Shown here in pieces: positions 1 to 7,570 of a DNA stretch of 15,227 nt. The number at the start of each line of letters is the position of its first letter. Positions within the stretch are counted from its first letter, which is position 1. A program made the translations under genes and the position numbers. Origin of the DNA: Promethearchaeota archaeon (GTDB lineage: Archaea; Asgardarchaeota; Lokiarchaeia; Sigyniarchaeales; SOKP01); the NCBI GenBank assembly GCA_048939015.1, contig JBHLPW010000090.1:1-15227 (forward strand), in the 5' to 3' direction. The notes below the pieces were generated by a model. It was not told the origin of the DNA and made no database searches. It saw nothing but the letters and a program-made list of their open reading frames with translations.

Positions 1-74
1 AAATTGAGAAGAAACATTTTTATTCTGGAACGGGACAATATTAATATAATAGATATTCATAAGAGCGAGCCAAT

Positions 75-278
75 TTGAAGAAGAAATTAGTCTGTAGTGA
101 ATGAAAATATTGTCTCACTATTCAAGAACAAGCCTTAGGAAAATGTCCCAAATGTGGTTTAAGTAATCTGACCGGGATGACGTATATCTTTAAAACATTA
201 GATCCACAAACAATTAAAATATTATGCTTTATATTCATTCATATCTTTTTTAGAAAAATTGGAAAATTGGAGCTTTAA
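75..278 (+). pseudogene. Small zinc-ribbon-like ORF with an in-frame TGA at a Cys position (pseudogene or possible selenoprotein)
   Basis: TTG at 75, with GAGCGA at 63-68, reads (M)KKKLVCSE*KYCLTIQEQALGKCPKCGLSNLTG... to TAA at 276-278. TGA at 102-104 occupies the second Cys position of a CxxC...CPxCG pattern. Not in the ORF track. Confidence 0.35.
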
Positions 279-340
279 AAGCTAAAAAGAATGGTAAAAA
301 AATAGGGTTTAATTATCAGTAATGAATTCCTTTAGTTTTA

Positions 341-1078
341 TTATTTTTGTCTCATTATATCTTCAAATTCTTTTTCTGAGATAAATCCTTTATGCATTAA
401 TATATGTCTAATATCTTTTAATAATTTAGGTACGCGAACCGCATCTAACATCTGAGTTTCCAATGCTTGATTTCTGGATTCTAAATCTACAATTTTCTTT
501 TCGTTATTTTCAATTTTTTCTTCATACTTTTGCTTAATAGTATCAAGTTCACTAGATTTCTTAGCTAAATTTTCTTCAGCAAATTCAAGTTTTTTTTGAA
601 ATTCCGCAATTTGTGGTTCTAAATCAATTTTTAATTGTTCTATTTCTTTTTCCTTAGTTGAAAGTTTCAATTCTAAATCCTCTTTCATTAATTGTATCTC
701 CTTTTCCTTCTCAGCAGTCATGTTTAATTTATTTTTAAATTCAAGTTCAGAATTTGTTATTTTGGTCTGTGATTCTTTTAACTTTAATTCTAATTCATTG
801 ATAATTTGCTGACTTTTATTTAGGTTATTTTCTAATTCTTCATTTTTTATCTTAAGGCTCTCAAGATTTTTGTTAAATACCTGTAACTCCTCTTTTAATT
901 TATTTAATTCTTTTGTATTTTTTTCTAAATTTTCATTGGCTTTTATAGCTGATTCTCTATAACCTAATATACTTTTTTCTAAATCATTTGTCTTTGCATT
1001 AAGATCTAGGAGATATTTACCTTCCACTTTAAAAATTTTGTCTGGTTCCTCTTCTACTTTATGCCAATCAATGCTAAT
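341..1078 (-). CDS. Long coiled-coil protein (~245 aa) with a short SHOCT-like C-terminal motif
   Basis: E/K/L-rich heptad sequence over ~190 aa, ending KGFISEKEFE. The frame stays open upstream of the track's GTG (1027) as SIDWHKVEEEPDKIFKV. A perfect SD GAGGTGA (1085-1091, minus strand) lies 6 nt before an in-frame ATT at 1078. The CDS is secure; the start is less so. Confidence 0.85.
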   Translation of the reverse strand: MSIDWHKVEEEPDKIFKVEGKYLLDLNAKTNDLEKSILGYRESAIKANENLEKNTKELNKLKEELQVFNKNLESLKIKNEELENNLNKSQQIINELELKLKESQTKITNSELEFKNKLNMTAEKEKEIQLMKEDLELKLSTKEKEIEQLKIDLEPQIAEFQKKLEFAEENLAKKSSELDTIKQKYEEKIENNEKKIVDLESRNQALETQMLDAVRVPKLLKDIRHILMHKGFISEKEFEDIMRQK

Positions 1079-1548
1079 AACATTTCACCTCAAAATTATT
1101 TACCTATCTTTAATTTTTAGATTTTAAAAAGTCCATAACGATTTTTGAGTTTTATAATAAACATATTCTTAAGATTAAACTGATATTATTTGGCTAATTT
1201 AAATTTAATCTATTTATATTTGAATAAATAAACTAAGTTGGCTTTTATTAATTTACCCTATTCATCAACAAAATTTTATAAGTAAGTTAAAAGTATTGAA
1301 ATGTTTGTTTTCAACAAATTGACCATTGTAAATGAAAACTATAAAAAAAAATAATTTAAATACGTGATAAATTAGTATAGTACATAGAGAAATATTATTA
1401 TTTTATCCAAATTTTTGATAATTGAATATATAGAGCATAAAAATATATAATTTCATTGATATGATTTTGATAAAGATATTAATGAAATTTATTGATTATT
1501 TTTATTAAAAATTACATTAAAAAGAAAACTGTTAATTAGGCGATTCTG

Positions 1549-1941
1549 CTGGGCAAATTATTTGAAAATTTTTGTGTTTTAGATAAAAAGAATAATATCT
1601 TATTTGAACGTGTAAATGATCAAGAATTTTGTTCTGAATTCTTTGGACAAGTTCTAGCTGCTTTTAATGCCCTAACTCAACACATAGCAGATGGAGAGCT
1701 ATCAAATATAGAGTGGGGAGATAAATTGATAACGATAAAAAAAAAGCAAGAAATTATATTTTTAGCTTGTTGTGACAGTAATGCTAAAGAGGTAAAAGTA
1801 AATGAAGAATTAGACCTTGTATCTAAACGATTTTTAGATATTTATCCTAAAGTCCTGATAGAAGATTTTGAAGGAGATAGAAGTGTATTTTCAAATAGTG
1901 AAAAAAGATTTCTTTCAGAAATTAAATATATAATTGATTAA
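1549..1941 (+). CDS. Longin/roadblock (profilin-like fold) domain protein, ~130 aa
   Basis: The frame of track ORF 1726..1941 is open back to TAG at 1537-1539. CTG at 1549 follows AGGCGA (1538-1543). The extended protein (GKLFENFCVLDKKNNILFER...FFGQVLAAFNALTQHIADGELSNIEWGD...FEGDRSVF) aligns end to end with the 2429..2827 product. Confidence 0.75.
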   Translation: MGKLFENFCVLDKKNNILFERVNDQEFCSEFFGQVLAAFNALTQHIADGELSNIEWGDKLITIKKKQEIIFLACCDSNAKEVKVNEELDLVSKRFLDIYPKVLIEDFEGDRSVFSNSEKRFLSEIKYIID

Positions 1942-2069
1942 ATCATTAATATTTAAATTATACTTACTATTTTAAAGATTACATTAAGAAAAAAGTTTTA
2001 AATTGATAAAAACAATTAGAAAATAGTTAAAATTAATAAATAAATTCTTAAACAAATAAGGGAATCATT

Positions 2070-2402
2070 ATGGTTTTAGATTTGAATTTTTATTTTAGTT
2101 TGTTCTGTTCGATTGGAGGTATAATATTTTTCATTATTAGCCTTTTTATAGTCATTAGAATAAAACAGTTGTTCCCCGCCACAAAATTAGTTAAAAAATG
2201 GGTAATAATACAAATATTGATTGTAATATTTTTAGGGGGATACATTTTTAACATTATATTCTTAGCACTTGAAATGACACCAATTACGAACGTTATGGTT
2301 GCAATTGTTTATATCTTTGGGGGATTATTTGTTTTACTAGTTGTAAATCTGAGCTATAAGACTTATAAAGAAATTCTGATGGGTTCTAGTTCTAAAAAAT
2401 AA
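2070..2402 (+). CDS. Small integral membrane protein with 3 predicted TM helices
   Basis: Three hydrophobic segments (about aa 7-29, 44-67, 73-96), a basic first loop, and motifs W...FLGGY and FGGLFV..V.LS..T. AAGGGA precedes the ATG. Confidence 0.85.
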   Translation: MVLDLNFYFSLFCSIGGIIFFIISLFIVIRIKQLFPATKLVKKWVIIQILIVIFLGGYIFNIIFLALEMTPITNVMVAIVYIFGGLFVLLVVNLSYKTYKEILMGSSSKK

Positions 2403-2428
2403 ATCAGAAATAAAATACATATTTAAAA

Positions 2429-2827
2429 ATGTCTCCATTACTTGATGAACTATGGGTTTTTTCTAAGGCAGGTGTACCTATAGTTGATTTTTCTAAAGAA
2501 AAGAATGTTGATAAAACATTCTTAGGATTCTTTATTTCTGCGATAAAAACATTCAGTGAAAAAGTTTCAGGAAGAGAATTGAAGGGATTTAATATTGGAA
2601 ATAATAAATATACTTGTATTCACTGTTTGGAAGATCAAATTGTACTAGTATGTAGATCACCTTTAGATGTAAATAAAAAAAAAATTCAAAAGATTTGTTC
2701 AGTGATTGGTACTATGTTTGAAAAAATGTTTTCAATTGAACATATTAAAAAGTGGGATGGAGATATTTCTTTTTTTGATGAATTTCAACATAAATTAGAT
2801 TTATATTTTAGAATGAGTGATATTTAA
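2429..2827 (+). CDS. Longin/roadblock-like domain protein, 132 aa
   Basis: LWVFSKAGVPI (beta hairpin), FLGFFISAIKTFSEKV (helix), three strands, a long helix, then WDGDISFF. This order matches small Asgard longin-like proteins. Confidence 0.8.
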   Translation: MSPLLDELWVFSKAGVPIVDFSKEKNVDKTFLGFFISAIKTFSEKVSGRELKGFNIGNNKYTCIHCLEDQIVLVCRSPLDVNKKKIQKICSVIGTMFEKMFSIEHIKKWDGDISFFDEFQHKLDLYFRMSDI

Positions 2828-2995
2828 CGACTCATTGATTTGAATTCAATTTAATTTTTTCTAATATTCTCAAATATTTTTTTCTTTACATTTTTGATTA
2901 GTAAAGATTGAAATAATTGTTTTTTCATATTTTAGATATTCACTTAAATTAATAATATTGTATTTTTAATAGCTAATCTAGATCGAAAAAGCATC

Positions 2996-4336
2996 ATGGA
3001 ATTTGGAAATTTTACGGATATTTTGAAAAAACTTGCCGATAGAATAGATGAAAGAGTAGAAAATCATCCAGTACCTAAACATGTATTGTTAAATCGCATT
3101 GATTTAACTGGATTTAAAGATGTTGTAGATCAATATATGAAAAATCGCGACTTATGCAAAAAAACTTTAGATGTAAAAGGCACATGGCGATTAGATTTGG
3201 AATATGGACCACAGTTTGAAACACGATTAAAAACAGAAAGAGCAGGGGAAATTACAGTACAAATGGATGAATTAACTCTGTTTGGAGGAGGTGGTACTGC
3301 ACTCCATCCAATATCTTTATGTATGGCAGGATTTTGTGGATGTTATAGTGCAGCATATGCAAAATGGGCAGCAATGGAAGGGATTGAATTAAAAAAATTA
3401 GCAATTAGAGTTAAGGGGGATTTAGATTTCTCTTCAGTATTAAATATTGAAAAAAACATACCTATAGTCGATAATTACCAAATTGAATTATTTATTGAAA
3501 GTGATGCAAGTTATGAAACATTGTTGAGAATTTCAGAAATTACAAAAAGACGTTGTTTTTGTTATTATTGTATATCAACTTCAACCATCCCAAAAATTAC
3601 ATTAAAGAATGAAGGAAAAGCATTTCTTAATGATAATAATTCAAAATTAAACGATAAAAAAATACTTAACAGAGTAAATTTAGAAAGGTATAATGAAACT
3701 GTCAAAATTTTCAAACAGAATCGTTCATTATGTAAAAGACTTATTGAAGCGGAAGGTAATTGGAGATTAGGTGTTCAGTATGGACCCCAATTCGAAATAA
3801 AATTACCTACAGAAACAGCAGGAGAGATAACTGTCCAAACTGATGAAACAATAATATTAGGTGGGGGTGGAACATCTTTTCATCCTGTAGCACTCTGTAT
3901 TGCCGGTTTTAGTGGTGACTATGCTACTCACTTTGCAACTATTGCAGGGCTACATGGTATTGAACTTAAGAAATTAGAAATTCATTCAAAAATGAACATA
4001 GATTTAACAACTGGATTTGGTATTGAAGATGGTGTCTCTATGATCGATAATTTTGAAATTGAATTAAAGGTTGAAAGTAATGCTCCTGAACAAGAACTCT
4101 TAGAAATTGTTGAACTCGCAAAAAAAAGGGCTTTCTGCCATTATTGCTATTCAACACCAGTTTTTCCAGATATATTTGTGAGAAAAGTTATTTCTAAAGA
4201 GGAAAAACAACTATCTGAAGAACCTGCATATTTACTTGGAAAAAAAGAAGTTGTTCCAAGAAATTTAATACATATTGATGACCCACATAATATTAAGGTA
4301 AAAATTGAGCGAGATATCGCTATGAAAGAATTATAA
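2996..4336 (+). CDS. Tandem double OsmC/Ohr-family protein
   Basis: Two ~175-aa repeats offset by 192 aa, each with LNR(I/V)xL, DExxxxGGGGTxxHP, GIELKKL and a late FCxYC motif. Repeat 1 has LCMAGFCGCY and RRCFCYYC. Confidence 0.85.
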   Translation: MEFGNFTDILKKLADRIDERVENHPVPKHVLLNRIDLTGFKDVVDQYMKNRDLCKKTLDVKGTWRLDLEYGPQFETRLKTERAGEITVQMDELTLFGGGGTALHPISLCMAGFCGCYSAAYAKWAAMEGIELKKLAIRVKGDLDFSSVLNIEKNIPIVDNYQIELFIESDASYETLLRISEITKRRCFCYYCISTSTIPKITLKNEGKAFLNDNNSKLNDKKILNRVNLERYNETVKIFKQNRSLCKRLIEAEGNWRLGVQYGPQFEIKLPTETAGEITVQTDETIILGGGGTSFHPVALCIAGFSGDYATHFATIAGLHGIELKKLEIHSKMNIDLTTGFGIEDGVSMIDNFEIELKVESNAPEQELLEIVELAKKRAFCHYCYSTPVFPDIFVRKVISKEEKQLSEEPAYLLGKKEVVPRNLIHIDDPHNIKVKIERDIAMKEL

Positions 4337-6457
4337 TTTAATTTGATTTTTTATTTCCACTATTTTCTTCTCTAAAGTCATAGCTTTTATAGATTTTCCC
4401 ATACCAACTAGTTTAAGAATTAAAAGCGACTCTTCTGCACAATTTAAAGCCATTTTATTATTTAATTGCATAAAATAACATCCAGCAATATTGTTGAGAA
4501 AATCTGCTTTTGTCTTTAAATCATTAAACATTTCTGCAATTTTTTTTCCACTATTAAATGAATTCATAGCATTTGTATAATCCCTTAAATAATAATGTGA
4601 TTTTCCCAATAAATTGTGAAATTTCATTTCAATTTTAAAATCCTTTAATTCTTGGGAAATTTTAATAGCATCTATAAAATATTTTAGAGCATTTTTATAA
4701 TTTTTTTGATCTAAATGTACTTCTCCAAGTTTTGATAAGTGTCGAGCTTTTCCTTCCTTATTTTTTAATCTTTCATCATATTCTAAAGCTTCTTTGAATT
4801 TCTCCAAAGCAATCGAATAATCCCCAAATTTTTGATAAATTGTTCCAATATTGTTCAAACATATCGCTAAGTTTTTTATATTATTCAAGCGTCTGAAAAT
4901 TTTTTCTGATTTTTGGAAATATTCTAATGATAAATTAAAATTTTCAAGTTTATAATGGATTGATGCAATATTATTTGAAATCATTGCTTTCTTTTTTAAA
5001 TCGCCCAATTTTTCAGCAATTTTAATTGCTTTATCAGAATATATAAGTGCTTCAGTATAAATTTGTAATTCTTCATATATTTCAATAATGCTATTAATGA
5101 TTCTAAGTTCTTCTGTAAGATTATCAGTTTCTTCCAATATTTTCAATGCTTCCTTGTAATAGTGTAATGCTTTAGAAAAATCCTTTATTTTCTCATTAAT
5201 TTCTCCTAAATTACTTAAATAAATAATTTCTCGATCTTTATAACCTAATTCATGAGAAATTCTAAAAGCTTCTTCAAAATTTAAAATGGCTTCAGAATAA
5301 TTTCCCATTTTGAAATAAAACCATGCGATATTATTTAAAATTAGAACTTTATGATTTTGATCATCATTCTCATTAATATATTCTAATGCTCTTATGCCAC
5401 ATCTGAACGAGTCGTCATATCTATCAAAATTAAAGTATAATATATGTGGAATCAAAAATTTCATCATCATATTAGGGTCTTTAAAATTATGAAGTAACCA
5501 ATCTCTGAATTCTATAGAAAAGGCAACAGGATCAAGTTTTACGTCAATATCTATAAAACTTTTTATAAATTTTATTGAATTTACATTTACTCTAAATAAT
5601 TCAACATTTGGATTCTGATTCTTGATCTGAAAGAGAATTTTATCCACATTGTCCATCTTTATGGAAAGTCTTTCATTTTTTATAATCTCGAGAATATTAC
5701 AATTTTCTTGTTCATTTGGAACATGGTTAACCCATATGATTCTTTTCAATTTATGATATTTCTTTAAGATGGGAAGTATATCAAAATCATTTTGTCCAGA
5801 ATAGCCCAATAAAATTAAAATGGCATCATTTAACAATTTATTTAGCAAAACACCTTTATAGGGTTCAACAAAAAATAAGTCGAATTCAGATTTATAGGAA
5901 CCGATTTTTTTAATTAATGAAACAAAGTATTCCTTAGTATTTCTTTCATTTAATATATCTTTCAATGATCCATGAATTTTAAACAAAAATTTCTTCCCTG
6001 TGTTTAAATACTCAAAAATATTCTTAAATTCTTTATAATCTTTTTCAGTTATTACTGAAAAGATATGATCATTATCCTTATTTGATTGAATTAGTGCATG
6101 CTCTATTAAAAAATCAAAATTAGTTGTAATAACCACATACCCTTTGTTTATCATTTCAGCTAGAAAGAAATGAATAATATTAGGCTTCTTGCATTGTTCA
6201 AAATATTCTAATATTTTTAAATCATGATCGAATTGATTTCTAATAATCTCTAAAAATGTTTCAAATCTTAATCCCTTTAAATTAGAAATATTTTCAATTT
6301 CTGATTCTGCACATGTAAATTTTATTATTTCTTCCATCATTTTGGTACTTGATGGAAGATTAGAAGGTGGATTGATAGAACATCCAGCCCCAGCGATAAA
6401 AATATACTTTTGGCCGTCTTTTAACAACTTTTTTAATTGTAAATCTGTTTCATGCAT
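4331..6457 (-). CDS. SIR2-like (SIR2_2) domain fused to a C-terminal TPR solenoid
   Basis: Sirtuin motifs FIAGAGCS..P, ITTNFDFLIE, KIHGS and LLGYSG.NDFD lie in the first ~250 aa. About 8-9 helical repeats of ~40 aa (e.g. LNNIGTIYQKFGDYSIALEKFKEAL) run from aa ~330 to the end. Confidence 0.93.
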   Translation of the reverse strand: MHETDLQLKKLLKDGQKYIFIAGAGCSINPPSNLPSSTKMMEEIIKFTCAESEIENISNLKGLRFETFLEIIRNQFDHDLKILEYFEQCKKPNIIHFFLAEMINKGYVVITTNFDFLIEHALIQSNKDNDHIFSVITEKDYKEFKNIFEYLNTGKKFLFKIHGSLKDILNERNTKEYFVSLIKKIGSYKSEFDLFFVEPYKGVLLNKLLNDAILILLGYSGQNDFDILPILKKYHKLKRIIWVNHVPNEQENCNILEIIKNERLSIKMDNVDKILFQIKNQNPNVELFRVNVNSIKFIKSFIDIDVKLDPVAFSIEFRDWLLHNFKDPNMMMKFLIPHILYFNFDRYDDSFRCGIRALEYINENDDQNHKVLILNNIAWFYFKMGNYSEAILNFEEAFRISHELGYKDREIIYLSNLGEINEKIKDFSKALHYYKEALKILEETDNLTEELRIINSIIEIYEELQIYTEALIYSDKAIKIAEKLGDLKKKAMISNNIASIHYKLENFNLSLEYFQKSEKIFRRLNNIKNLAICLNNIGTIYQKFGDYSIALEKFKEALEYDERLKNKEGKARHLSKLGEVHLDQKNYKNALKYFIDAIKISQELKDFKIEMKFHNLLGKSHYYLRDYTNAMNSFNSGKKIAEMFNDLKTKADFLNNIAGCYFMQLNNKMALNCAEESLLILKLVGMGKSIKAMTLEKKIVEIKNQIKL

Positions 6458-6791
6458 TATAACTATCGCGTTGCATTACATTAGTGTGTATTGACAATTT
6501 TGAATAAAATCTGAAAATGTAAACGTCAATATCCTATAAATATTTTACATAAATAAAAATATTAACAAAAGAAAAAGAATGAAATTTTACTTCTTAATAT
6601 TAATCAACAGGTAATATAATTTCCAGTTCCTTGAGTTCGTTCATGAATGTTCACTTCTATTACAGTTAAAACCTTTGTTAAAGAGATATCAAGTTATTGA
6701 CCTTTTTATCTTCATAGGGTTATTAGCAATCAGAATAACTCTTACCTTAATAAATAAAGTTGAAGTATAAAAAGAACTAATCCCACTAGCT

Positions 6792-6814
6792 TAGAAATGA
6801 TCCAATCATTTCTA
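6792..6814. repeat. Perfect 10-bp inverted repeat with a 3-nt spacer
   Basis: TAGAAATGAT-CCA-ATCATTTCTA in non-coding DNA. Confidence 0.6.
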
Positions 6815-7009
6815 TTATTTATCGAATAGCATTTTTGAAGAGTTAGACTGCCTTATGTTATGCAAAAAATGAATATTATAATTTTTTTGAGTCAATATTT
6901 TTATAATAGATAAGGATTTTAGGATATAGATAAATGGATCGTGGCAATTTTAAATAATATAAAATTTATCAATTCCAATTACATTGGCTTTTCTTGTTGA
7001 GAAAGTGGG

Positions 7010-7093
7010 AATCAGCCCCTTAAATTCTAACCTCAATCACCGTTCAACCCTTCTTCAAGGAGATTTCAGGGAGCTGACCTTTTTTTTCTTTTT
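7010..7093. ncRNA. Putative structured non-coding element (long stem enclosing a small hairpin, with a flanking T tract)
   Basis: Locally GC-rich. 7012-7028 (TCAGCCCCTTAAATTCT) is complementary to 7061-7077 (AGATTTCAGGGAGCTGA). Inner hairpin CCTT-CTTC-AAGG at 7049-7060. T tract at 7080-7093. Confidence 0.45.
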
Positions 7094-7152
7094 ATAATTC
7101 TTAGAATGCCAGTATTTCAACTTAAAAATACACTGAATGAATTTAAAAATGT

Positions 7153-7410
7153 CTATTCAGAACCAAGTTGTTTGTCTAAGTCAATCACTAAAGGAACTTC
7201 TTTTTCATCCTTCATAACAACAACCTTCAAAACACCATCCTCAATTGTAGCGCTCACAGGCTCAATCTTGGATACTTTTCCCGTTGTCCTTGAATTTAAG
7301 CAAGTATGTTCCTCGTTGTAGAGATAGCATTTAGTACAGCAGAATCCAACTGGCATGTAGCCGACAATGGAACATTGATCATATGCTTCACAATTACAAT
7401 TATTACACAT
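7153..7410 (-). CDS. Small Cys-rich protein (8 Cys in the first 37 aa) with an Hsp20-like C-terminal beta motif
   Basis: MCNNCNCEAYDQC...FCCTKC...HTC followed by SATIEDGVLKVVV. ATG at 7410 is preferred, because the track's GTG at 7422 lies within an SD-like GAAGTGA. Confidence 0.8.
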   Translation of the reverse strand: MCNNCNCEAYDQCSIVGYMPVGFCCTKCYLYNEEHTCLNSRTTGKVSKIEPVSATIEDGVLKVVVMKDEKEVPLVIDLDKQLGSE

Positions 7411-7570
7411 TTTTTTTGTCACTTCTTATAAATTATTTATTAATTTTTTATAAAATTTCTTGGTTTAATATTTATTATTTATTACTAAAATAATATTATC
7501 ACTTTTCATATTTAAATCTTGTCGTTTTCCGTCATTTTTTGTTTTATTAATGATAGTTTCGCAAAATTTA

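Noticed and set aside
1-78. Possible 3' end of an upstream CDS (frame 1 open to TGA 76-78; frame 3 to TAA 42-44)
   Set aside because: Too short to choose a frame or assign a product.
6560-6990. Short minus-strand coding-like fragments (e.g. VIEVNIHERTQGTGNY, MNELKELEIILPVD)
   Set aside because: Frequent stops and no recognisable family. A decayed gene cannot be supported without a search.
7012-7077. Reading the hairpin as a SECIS, C/D-box sRNA, tRNA or IS200/IS605 end
   Set aside because: The adjacent gene has no in-frame UGA. The CUGA boxes are buried in the stem and the C boxes are degenerate. There is no cloverleaf and no transposase or TnpB nearby.
7106-7321. 71-aa plus-strand ORF from the track
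   Set aside because: Antisense shadow of the Cys-rich gene, with no SD or motifs.
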